DNA from: a virus
Lineage: Duplodnaviria > Caudoviricetes
Virus record (IMG/VR): IMGVR_UViG_3300030109_004835
Coordinates: 1 to 63,358 of that record
DNA length: 63,358 nucleotides
Strand: one strand, 5' to 3'
Numbering within the stretch: position 1 is the stretch's first letter; the number at the start of each line of letters is the position of its first letter. The position numbers were made by a program, and so were the translations under genes. This document shows positions 54,948 through 63,358 of this stretch, piece by piece. Below the pieces are notes generated by a model. It was not told the origin of the DNA and did no database searches. It worked only from the letters and a program-made list of their open reading frames with translations.

Positions 54948-56030
54948 ATGTCACATCACATAGAAATCACATCAGACGATATGCCCGCAGTACTGGACCG
55001 CAACCACAAGGCAGGGAATAAAAAGGCCCCCGTCTTTCAGTCCTTCTACGGCTTGGGTAAATCAATGCAAGCCGCGTTGTGGGCCGCTCGAAAGGAAGCT
55101 CATTACATCGACTATCGTGGAGCCTATAAAACGTTTAACGACGTTCGTGGGTTCGGGATCCCCAATCATGAGGAGCAGCGTATGAAGTTCTACGCTGACG
55201 AAGACCTCGACTTCAAAGATGGCGCAATGAATGTCCTCCATCTGGAGGAGATTGGTTTGGTCAGTCCCCAGACTCAGAAGGTTCTCATGCAGATGCTTCT
55301 GGAGAAGCGGGTGGGTAAGTTCTTCTTCCCTGAAGATACCTTCGTCATGGGGTCAACCAACATGCTGGCCCACAAGACAGGGGTTGAGCGTTGGCTGGCG
55401 GCATTGGCTGACAGGGTAGCGTTCTATCGTGTACGTCCTGACTTTGACTCCTATCAGAACTACCTGATGAATCATGGTAAGACGCCATACCTCTTGGCAT
55501 TCCTGAACTCCAACCCTTCTGCTCCGTATGATTTCAAGATCAAGGAGTGGGACGGTGAGTCTAACTTACCTACCTTCAGGTCATTCTCCCGACTGGACGA
55601 ACTGACTGACAGTTATGATGACATATCAGAAGCCGTGGCCGATCCTCTGTTCCGTGCTCATGCTACGTCTTGTGTCGGTCCTAAGTATGGAGAAATGTAC
55701 ACATCGTTCCTCAAGCTCACCAGCAGAGTGGGTGATGTGAACAAGATGATCGAGGATGCTGATCGTTGCAGTATCCCGCATGAGCCAGACATCAAGTGGC
55801 TTGTTGCATGTCGATCCATTGCATTGTCAAACAAGGATAACATCGACAAGGTTCTGGTCTTGGCGCATCGCCTGACAGATCCCAGCATGAACAATCCTAG
55901 TAATCTTGACATGATGGAGTCCTTCGTTGGCAACTCCATTGGACGAATCAAGAAAGACTTGCTAAAGACCCAAGCCCTCGTAAAGTGGCGGGTCAAGCAT
56001 GCCGACGAACTCTCAGGAAAGATCAGCTAA
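54948..56030 (+). CDS. MoxR-like AAA+ ATPase
   Basis: SFYGLGKS, VLHLEE, Q..LMQ, GSTN, ALADR. Confidence 0.8.
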   Translation: MSHHIEITSDDMPAVLDRNHKAGNKKAPVFQSFYGLGKSMQAALWAARKEAHYIDYRGAYKTFNDVRGFGIPNHEEQRMKFYADEDLDFKDGAMNVLHLEEIGLVSPQTQKVLMQMLLEKRVGKFFFPEDTFVMGSTNMLAHKTGVERWLAALADRVAFYRVRPDFDSYQNYLMNHGKTPYLLAFLNSNPSAPYDFKIKEWDGESNLPTFRSFSRLDELTDSYDDISEAVADPLFRAHATSCVGPKYGEMYTSFLKLTSRVGDVNKMIEDADRCSIPHEPDIKWLVACRSIALSNKDNIDKVLVLAHRLTDPSMNNPSNLDMMESFVGNSIGRIKKDLLKTQALVKWRVKHADELSGKIS

Positions 56031-56257
56031 TCTGATTCACTGTATCCTGAATCACGCATCCTGCCCCATGATTATGTGGTCAGCTACCGACCCACTTGTA
56101 GCCGCATTCTATTTCTGGCTACGAGATGTAGGCAGCACCCACATTGTCGGGGCTGGGAGCGGGAACGTTAAACTATCTAAGGAAGCGGATGAGTTACTCC
56201 GCGACCATAGAGACACGGTAAAACGTTTCACTGAAATACACAGAAAAGAAAATAAAC

Positions 56258-57532
56258 ATGAAAGCAAAAGACAAGATCGCGAAAGCGAAGAACATCATCG
56301 CGAATCATCACGACATTCTCATGCCAGCACTAGCTGCGCTAGAGGATATTATTGTTGATGATCCGAGTCTCACAGCATGTACAAATGGGGAACATATTAG
56401 ATATGGTGCCCAGTTTGTGGACACGCTGAATATCCAACAGACAGTTGGACTAATCGTCCATGAGGTATTGCATCCTCTACTGGATCACCTCACAAGATTG
56501 GCTACTCAGTTTCAGACTGACGCCCATCTCACCAACGTCGGTGCGGACTACGAGATCAATAACTTCGTAACCATATACAACGAGGAGGCTACCTTCCCCA
56601 TTGTATTACCACCCGAAGCTCATGTTGATGTCGAGAAGTATGGCACTCTGGCAGCAGAGGTTATCATCAGGAAACTCTTCGAGGATACCCCGAAACCGCC
56701 ACCGCCACCGCCGACTAACCCCAATCCCGATGGGGAGTGTGACAACCCCACTGATGGGGAGGGTGATCAGGACTCGCCTCAAGAAGGGGACAAGGAAGGC
56801 AAAGGTTCCGGCAACGGGCAACCGCAACGTCAGCCCTACTCCTCTGGTGAATTTGAACCTGCTAAAAGTTCTGCCAAGGCGAAGGAGCTATCCGACAAGT
56901 GGAAGGAGATCTTGACCAGCACTATCCAGACTGCGAAGTTACGTGGTAAGGGTGGGGGTAAGTTCATCGAGAAGCTTGGAGAACTACTAGAGCCTCCCCT
57001 TGATCTGGATGCCCTGCTGGATAAGTACACCACAGAGTTCTGTTTGTCAGATGAATCAATCCGTGCAGACAAACGCTACTTAGCCTATCACGATATCTGT
57101 ATCACAGGTATGGAAGACGAGCAGCATGGCACGTTGGTATTCGTCAAGGATACTAGCGGTAGTATAAACAAAGATATCCTAGAGTCTGTTGTCAGCATTG
57201 TGCAGGGAGCTTCCACCAAGCTCCGACCACGACGCCTTATCGTGATGGATGTAGACGCCGAGGTGCAACACGTTGAAGAGTTCGGGCCTCACGATGAGAT
57301 CCCCGCAGAAGCTAAAGGCAGAGGAGGGACAGACTTCCGACCTGCGTTTGACTTCATCGAAAACAATCTTGAGGAAGCGCGAGTCGTTATCTACTTCACT
57401 GATGGATACGGCGTGTTCCCTGAAGAAGAACCAAGTATCCCGACCTTGTGGGTGACATACGGTCTGGAAGATGATGGCTTCCCTTTTGGTCAGGTAGTCA
57501 ACATGAATGAACTAATTGACCAAGCAGTATAA
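56258..57532 (+). CDS. DUF2201-type metallopeptidase-like + vWA protein
   Basis: TACTNG, HEVLH, DYEIN; MIDAS DTSGS, GRGGTDF, YFTDGYG. Confidence 0.85.
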   Translation: MKAKDKIAKAKNIIANHHDILMPALAALEDIIVDDPSLTACTNGEHIRYGAQFVDTLNIQQTVGLIVHEVLHPLLDHLTRLATQFQTDAHLTNVGADYEINNFVTIYNEEATFPIVLPPEAHVDVEKYGTLAAEVIIRKLFEDTPKPPPPPPTNPNPDGECDNPTDGEGDQDSPQEGDKEGKGSGNGQPQRQPYSSGEFEPAKSSAKAKELSDKWKEILTSTIQTAKLRGKGGGKFIEKLGELLEPPLDLDALLDKYTTEFCLSDESIRADKRYLAYHDICITGMEDEQHGTLVFVKDTSGSINKDILESVVSIVQGASTKLRPRRLIVMDVDAEVQHVEEFGPHDEIPAEAKGRGGTDFRPAFDFIENNLEEARVVIYFTDGYGVFPEEEPSIPTLWVTYGLEDDGFPFGQVVNMNELIDQAV

Positions 57533-57550
57533 AATAAAAAGTAAAACGAA

Positions 57551-58678
57551 ATGAAGATACAAACATTCTTTGAGAAGTTGGCGGACGATCCATACGGCAG
57601 ATACGCATGTTGTGCGTTTCGCAGTATTGATGGTGTAATATTCGTGAGACAGGAATCAGGTACATTCGTTGATGGTGTAGAAGACCCCAACGATTTCCCA
57701 GTTTCTGTTATGCTAGAAGAAGGTGATGCTCGTTACCATGCCCTTGAGCCATATTGGATAATGGGGGCGGTTATAGAAGACGATGTGCTTCTCACGCACA
57801 TTGCATTCGACGAGCACCGAACGGTCAGACAAGCCTATTGGAATTCCAACTACCGTCAGAAATGGTGCAAGTCAATTGCCGGTGATCGGGTCCATGTTCA
57901 AGTTAGGGGTGGGCAACCGCCTATCCTAAAACCTCATACTCGTAAGCTCAGAAACCGGTACGGTATGATCCGAGATACTCTCCTGACTTGTATGGAGCCT
58001 AACATATATGAGCGGGCTAGGACTTTGAGCGGGAGTGTCCCGACCAAAGAAGACCTTGACCTCCTCATGCCTGTTCGCGAATGGTGGGACTGGGCTTGGG
58101 CTTATGCCATTACTGATGCAGCGAAACGTTTGACAGACTGTAACAACAAAATCGCTTCTAGTCTTACAGCAGTGTCATTCGATAACCTGACTAACCTAGA
58201 TAGTAAGCTCACGGATATCCGCGAGAAAGTATCTGCTTCAGACTTCGAGGCAGCTAAATCCTTGTTCGACCCTTTGAAAGAGCAGGTGAGTAAACTAGCC
58301 GAGCTGATACACAACGCCGAACACAAAATAAGTAACGCTAGTTTCGGGATATCCGTAGCCAAGATACCATATCAACTCTATCGACTACTCGACAGACTTG
58401 ATAAGAAAATAACCTACCTCTTCGATGACGAGTGGTACAGCGCTATGGCTATCCACACGAAGTCAGAGGAAAGTCTCCTTGAAGGGTTTGACTCGTTGGC
58501 AGAGCTGTTCGACAAGATTGGTCTGCCAATATCTGCCCCGTATGGTGTGCAGGTATGCACCGAAAACATTGGCCAGCTCGCGGTCTTGAACGACACGATC
58601 AGGGAAGTCATACTGACCCCACCTCGCGACGAGGTTAATTCTGAAGAATCAAAAGAGCCTGAAACCCTACTAGTATAA
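57551..58678 (+). CDS. Hypothetical protein
   Basis: 375-aa ORF in operon. Confidence 0.65.
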   Translation: MKIQTFFEKLADDPYGRYACCAFRSIDGVIFVRQESGTFVDGVEDPNDFPVSVMLEEGDARYHALEPYWIMGAVIEDDVLLTHIAFDEHRTVRQAYWNSNYRQKWCKSIAGDRVHVQVRGGQPPILKPHTRKLRNRYGMIRDTLLTCMEPNIYERARTLSGSVPTKEDLDLLMPVREWWDWAWAYAITDAAKRLTDCNNKIASSLTAVSFDNLTNLDSKLTDIREKVSASDFEAAKSLFDPLKEQVSKLAELIHNAEHKISNASFGISVAKIPYQLYRLLDRLDKKITYLFDDEWYSAMAIHTKSEESLLEGFDSLAELFDKIGLPISAPYGVQVCTENIGQLAVLNDTIREVILTPPRDEVNSEESKEPETLLV

Positions 58679-58679
58679 A

Positions 58680-58931
58680 GTGAAGACAACTGCCGAAATC
58701 CAAATAGGAGATGCCTTGGTTGAAATAAAAAGCCGACGAGAAGACAACGCCTCAGGCTGGTCAATCATAGTGTTTACGCCAACTGGGAGTTTCCGGTGTG
58801 TGCGACCGCACATATCCGTAGCACTCAACAGATTCGTCGATGCTATTATATCCTCAGTAGATAAAAGGTTCCTTGAGCATGAGTCAGTGGTTCAGGAAAC
58901 AAAAGATACCATACTGTCCATCATTGATTAG
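58680..58931 (+). CDS. Hypothetical protein
   Basis: Abuts neighbours. Confidence 0.5.
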   Translation: MKTTAEIQIGDALVEIKSRREDNASGWSIIVFTPTGSFRCVRPHISVALNRFVDAIISSVDKRFLEHESVVQETKDTILSIID

Positions 58932-59186
58932 ATGAGACATTACGTACAGGTAATAGAACCAATGGGGTTACCCATGTTTGTTGATGGTATGTTTGTTTCA
59001 GATGAACTGGTCGAGTACCGCGCCCATCCGATTGTTGATGGTGTTATACGAGAAAGGATGGACATAACAGATGGTGAGCCTCTTATGTTGGCTATAATAC
59101 ATCTGCTCCGGTCTACATATAATGCCAGCAATCAGATGGACGAAGGCCACAGCTCTGATCCACATGGACGTTGCAAACAAAACTAA
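58932..59186 (+). CDS. Hypothetical protein
   Basis: Abuts upstream stop. Confidence 0.5.
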   Translation: MRHYVQVIEPMGLPMFVDGMFVSDELVEYRAHPIVDGVIRERMDITDGEPLMLAIIHLLRSTYNASNQMDEGHSSDPHGRCKQN

Positions 59187-59487
59187 GGCACTACGCCAAG
59201 TCTTGATGCGGTATAGCCGCAAAGACTGGGACTGGATATGTGACTATGGTACCCGAACCAAATGGTGCAAGCTAGGTCTGCTAATCGCTAAACGCGAATT
59301 AGATATGACATGGCGGGAAGCTGGAGCCTGTTTCGGTTTAAAGCCGGAACAGGCTTCCAGAGCCGCACGTAAGTTTGAGGATAAGGTATTTGAGGAACCT
59401 GCTCTTTTCGATATGATGACTAATCTATCGTTTCGAGTGCTTGAATCCTTGGGCCAGACAAGCGGATCTCATCAAGGGCGATCCTAA
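59122..59487 (+). CDS. HTH protein (DnaA C-terminal-like); start uncertain
   Basis: LIAKRELDMTWREAGACFGLKPEQASRAARKFE. Confidence 0.5.
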   Translation: MPAIRWTKATALIHMDVANKTKALRQVLMRYSRKDWDWICDYGTRTKWCKLGLLIAKRELDMTWREAGACFGLKPEQASRAARKFEDKVFEEPALFDMMTNLSFRVLESLGQTSGSHQGRS

Positions 59488-62400
59488 GTCTTTGCCTACC
59501 TACCGCGCCATCAGGGGTTAAGCCTATTACTTGTTCTATAAATGGTGTTGGGAACACATCTCTTTCCCTCCGCCCATTCACAATGTAATTCTGTCTGCGC
59601 TTGCCCATGCCTAGAGACTTCTCACTCATCACTCTTCTAGCTTGCCGTGGTGTTAGCCCCAGCCCTTGTGCTCCCAAGTAGGTAGTGTAGATACGCTGGT
59701 CTACTTCGCGCCTCACCTTCATCCATTTGCGGATAGACCTGCGAATCTGTCCTTCGGACAACTGCCCTTTTGATTTGAGTATGTTGCGTAGTGAAGAAGC
59801 ACGGTTGCGTTCGTCCCGCGCTCTCTGTAGGTATCGGAGAAAGTGGGTCTCAGGATCATACTTGTATGGCTTAACGGGGACTATCTCCCCTATCAGAAGG
59901 GCCTTTGCTGATTTAGCAGGGTCAGGAGATGCTCCTGCATACAGAGCCTGATAAGCGGCTTGTGCTAATTTAGTAGGTGTCCTAGGGGCGTAAGCCTCTG
60001 AAAGGACGTAGCCTAACTTCTTAGCAAAGCCCACAGCCCCCTCTCCTTTTTCCGCTATCGGGCCTCCTGTGTCAGACCTCACATTCCTAGACACATCCAC
60101 TACAGAACTAAGGAATATATTCTCATCCATGAATGTCTGGGCCACGCTTCCGAATGCTTCTTCAAACCCTCTTTCAACATTACCTCTATACGCATGCTCC
60201 GAGAAACGGAGTAGAGGATCAACGCTGATAGCAAAAGGATTAACAAAAGTCATGTCCCATGAGCTAAGCTCATTACTCTTTAGACCTAATAGGGACTGAG
60301 GATTATACCAGAAAGTATTATACCTCTTATACTCTGGCGACGACCCTCGTAGAAGTTCATCTTCTTCTTCGCCAATTCCCACCAAGTGAGCGAGTAATGT
60401 TGGGAGACCAGCACTCACTCCAAGGATAACAGTGGACACTCCACTTATGCGCCTTACGCCTCTACTCCTTACGACAGGGTTGGTGCTTTTTAGCTCTTGT
60501 TTAGCCAGCTTGAAAGTGTTTTCTAGTATGCGGAAGACTTCGGTTTTGAACCGCAAGAACGGGGTAACGACAGAAGCGTACTCGCTCCTACCTATCTTCT
60601 CAACTAGGTGGTAAGCGTCTGCATACGACTGTGATGTACGACGAACCTTTTGGGCCGCAAGATACTTAAGGTCGTAATCGGAGAGGCTCCGGTATCCTGC
60701 TGGCGCGTTCGCATCAATAGAATCTGTGTTGTTATCTATGTCCCACTGCTTTGCTTTCAACAGGTTCTCTTTCTCCAGCTCGTAGTACCCGATCTTGTAG
60801 AAGGCATCAACCGATTGTGAAAGAGCCTGAAGTCTTTCCATGACAGGCTTTACTACTTTGTCTGAAAGTCCCTTCGATTTCTCAACGATCTTATTTAAAG
60901 ATTCAATTTCTTTGAGAACAGAAGACACATTCTTAGGCTTCTTGAGCAGGTCTCTAATCAAAGAAGAATAAAGATCCTGCCCGATAACATTCAATCCCGT
61001 CAGCTCTGCATAATATTCGTCGAAAGCCTTGGGGTCTTTTAGTGAGCGACCAATATCTGTGGACCTTGTAGCTATTTTAGCCATAGACACAGGGCCAAAA
61101 CCTTGGGCTGGTGCGAAGAAGAACAAGTTACCGAGAACGTTTCTCAGGTAAAACGTTACAGAGCCTAAAGTTTTAGCGGTAAGAGCGGCCCCCGTTAAGA
61201 GCCTAAGGCCTTCACCGAACGACGCGAGTTTCTGTTTAGATGTAGACAAGTTAGACTCTGCAACATCTGGCGAGTACATACGTTTCAGATCATCAAACAT
61301 ATCCTCACGGATATAGTAGTTATATGTTTCGTCGTATGTTGACTCCAGCTCTGTGGTCGCTTGCACTTTATCCCCATAAACGTATGCCTCTCCTGTCCGC
61401 ATATTGACGTAAGACTCTGGGTCTAGTTCGGGACGGTTAGTTAGCTGGGCATGGGTGAATACGAATGCGTCTTCATCGGTGGCACTTTTCGGAGCCCCTA
61501 GTTCGGCTATGTTATTGAAGTAAGCCTGTCTAGCTGTCATCTCTGTGACAACAGTAAGTGAGCGTGCCAGATTATTTATACCTGCTTCAGGGCCATAGAC
61601 GCCCATTAGTTTCTGCAATGGAGGCGGTACTTGTTGCCTTCGTCTCAGGTTATTTAGCAAAGACCTGCCTACTCCTTTTGGTAGACGATACTCTTCGCTC
61701 TTCGCCCGTTTCTCCATAGCCTTCAGATAGGTAGACATCATAGCATGGATCGGATCCCGACCTGTATCTGAAGCCTGCTCTAGCTCTTGCTTTGATTTTT
61801 CCAACGACTCTTCTTCAGTCATTGACTCCCCTTCATTTCTTGCCTTCGCACGGATTTTCTTAGCTTGGGTCTTGATCCACTGCCGACGCATATACTCGTA
61901 GGCTTCAGTGAACGCTTCCGTTGTCTTATCCGACATGATCCTATCTCTGAATCCTTCCTCTTCAAAGACCCTGTACTGGCGTGTGAGATAAACACCCACT
62001 TGGCTTTCTACTTTGGCCATTACTTTACCTTCAAGGCCGAAGGTCTTTTTCATTACTAAACTAAAGGCGTCTAGTAACAAACGTAGCTCTAATACAGAGT
62101 CAGCTAAATCAGGAGCTATTTGTCGGATGTTCTCCCGCGCGGCATCAATATCCTTGCGGACTTCTTCTTGTAGCCTCTCGCGTTCTTTACGCATCGGGGC
62201 GACCACTAACTCTCTGTATTTAGCTTTGATGTTTTCTCTAGTGAACCCAGCAGCTTCTGCTTCGCCCGCATCAGTTCTTGCTTTTAAGTCTTTCCTCCAT
62301 GACCAGTAAGACTCCCTAAGATCCTGCCTGAACTCAGGGTCTACTGTTACATTTTCGCTACTGCCCGTTGCTCTCGAAATGAGCGCGTCGTCTATTTGAG

Positions 62401-63358
62401 GATATCTTTCCCGTACTTTTTGGAAAGCGGCAAGCTTGGCATTGCTAAGTTTCTCAGACGCGTTTATAAATGCCCGCTCTTTTTTCTTTATCTCCGTAAT
62501 TCTAGGATCCGTGTCCCCAAACTTCAGAGCGCTCATACCTGTATAGCCTTGGTATTTGCCCCTAGAAAACACGCCTAGAGGCAGCTCCAAGGTATCAAAC
62601 ATTCCTTGGAACCTAGCGATCACTTGCTCTGGGGTAGTGTCATCACCGATGTCGTTAAGTGAATTATCGAAACGACGGGTTATAACATCAAACCCAGCAT
62701 TAGGGTTACGCGGGTCAAAGGGCATGTGTCTGGCGCGAGCGGCACCTCCATTGGCCAAGAACCTAAGTTCATGAGCCATGCGGTTTATCATAACCGCCAA
62801 CTCTGGGTTATCTTTCTTGAGGTTATATCGAGCAGACATCCTGCGGAATACCCCTGCGATGTACCGGAGCATTATGCGAAGGGTGCTTGGGCTGGACTCG
62901 TAAAACGCAACATCCTCTTGAGTAGTATACCCGCGAGTCACCCTCTTTAAGATGCTGAGTAACTTCTCGCCCATGACTTGCTGCATAGTCTCTAAATCAT
63001 TGTCAGCAATACCTTGTTTAAGGGCGGCGCGTAAATCAGGGTTGCGGGTATACTCGTCTACAAACTCGTTGAATTCTGTCGCACTAAACGTTTCAATCAG
63101 AGTGTTCAGTTCCGCGAGGGGGATTGCTTTGAACTCTGCTATGTGCCCCAGCTCCTCAGCAATAATAGAATCCATGATGCCTTTAAGGTGCAACTCGTTC
63201 TCCACTATTGCACTCTTAGCAAACAAGCCTCGCACTAGATTCTCTCGAACTACATAAATGACGGGTACTCTCTCCCCGTCTTTCTCTACGACTACAGAAG
63301 CGAAGGCTTCGTCAGACCTACCTGAAAAAATACTGGGAACTTCATCTGCCGTTTCAAC
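59420..63358 (-). CDS. Giant putative internal virion/ejection protein, C-terminal part
   Basis: Frame open to window end and continuous with 1-7694; helical C-terminal region (FYLRNVLGN, PFLRFKTE). Confidence 0.85.
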   Translation of the reverse strand, partial: VETADEVPSIFSGRSDEAFASVVVEKDGERVPVIYVVRENLVRGLFAKSAIVENELHLKGIMDSIIAEELGHIAEFKAIPLAELNTLIETFSATEFNEFVDEYTRNPDLRAALKQGIADNDLETMQQVMGEKLLSILKRVTRGYTTQEDVAFYESSPSTLRIMLRYIAGVFRRMSARYNLKKDNPELAVMINRMAHELRFLANGGAARARHMPFDPRNPNAGFDVITRRFDNSLNDIGDDTTPEQVIARFQGMFDTLELPLGVFSRGKYQGYTGMSALKFGDTDPRITEIKKKERAFINASEKLSNAKLAAFQKVRERYPQIDDALISRATGSSENVTVDPEFRQDLRESYWSWRKDLKARTDAGEAEAAGFTRENIKAKYRELVVAPMRKERERLQEEVRKDIDAARENIRQIAPDLADSVLELRLLLDAFSLVMKKTFGLEGKVMAKVESQVGVYLTRQYRVFEEEGFRDRIMSDKTTEAFTEAYEYMRRQWIKTQAKKIRAKARNEGESMTEEESLEKSKQELEQASDTGRDPIHAMMSTYLKAMEKRAKSEEYRLPKGVGRSLLNNLRRRQQVPPPLQKLMGVYGPEAGINNLARSLTVVTEMTARQAYFNNIAELGAPKSATDEDAFVFTHAQLTNRPELDPESYVNMRTGEAYVYGDKVQATTELESTYDETYNYYIREDMFDDLKRMYSPDVAESNLSTSKQKLASFGEGLRLLTGAALTAKTLGSVTFYLRNVLGNLFFFAPAQGFGPVSMAKIATRSTDIGRSLKDPKAFDEYYAELTGLNVIGQDLYSSLIRDLLKKPKNVSSVLKEIESLNKIVEKSKGLSDKVVKPVMERLQALSQSVDAFYKIGYYELEKENLLKAKQWDIDNNTDSIDANAPAGYRSLSDYDLKYLAAQKVRRTSQSYADAYHLVEKIGRSEYASVVTPFLRFKTEVFRILENTFKLAKQELKSTNPVVRSRGVRRISGVSTVILGVSAGLPTLLAHLVGIGEEEDELLRGSSPEYKRYNTFWYNPQSLLGLKSNELSSWDMTFVNPFAISVDPLLRFSEHAYRGNVERGFEEAFGSVAQTFMDENIFLSSVVDVSRNVRSDTGGPIAEKGEGAVGFAKKLGYVLSEAYAPRTPTKLAQAAYQALYAGASPDPAKSAKALLIGEIVPVKPYKYDPETHFLRYLQRARDERNRASSLRNILKSKGQLSEGQIRRSIRKWMKVRREVDQRIYTTYLGAQGLGLTPRQARRVMSEKSLGMGKRRQNYIVNGRRERDVFPTPFIEQVIGLTPDGAVGRQRLRIALDEIRLSGPRIQALETID
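62871..63358. repeat. Imperfect terminal direct repeat, copy 2
   Basis: Matches 1-488. Confidence 0.95.

Noticed and set aside
55999-56358. ORF between the AAA and vWA genes
   Set aside because: Overlaps both neighbours and has no motif; it may be real from ATG 56068 but is unsupported

Overview
This window looks like a near-complete, circularly assembled tailed dsDNA phage genome of about 62,870 bp. It is podovirus-like, with no tape-measure, sheath, integrase or RNA polymerase recognised. Positions 1-488 recur at 62871-63358 with about 24 substitutions, probably an assembly overlap between two strains. There are four transcription blocks: early (+, 49.5-59.5 kb: metallophosphoesterase, DUF3150-like/MoxR-AAA/DUF2201-vWA module), replication (+, 12.3-22.6 kb: RuvC-like, SF2 helicase, DUF2800-like nuclease, PolA, primase-helicase), head/tail/lysis (-, 49.3-22.5 kb) and TerL plus putative internal virion proteins (-, 12.3 kb through the junction to 59.4 kb). 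The ORF track misses most of the largest gene, a ~3,714-aa protein that crosses the contig junction. It carries Gly/Ala-rich membrane-type helices, an intact DnaJ J-domain (HPD) and a HExxH zincin domain, making it a candidate for Hsp70-assisted ejection. Other notable signals are twin ~90-bp palindromes ahead of both late operons, many apparently leaderless sigma70 promoters, a tandem structured motif in the capsid-gene leader, a lipoprotein/prepilin-mimic island, and a TAAAACGTTT motif concentrated in the early region. All family assignments come from motif recognition by eye, not from database searches.
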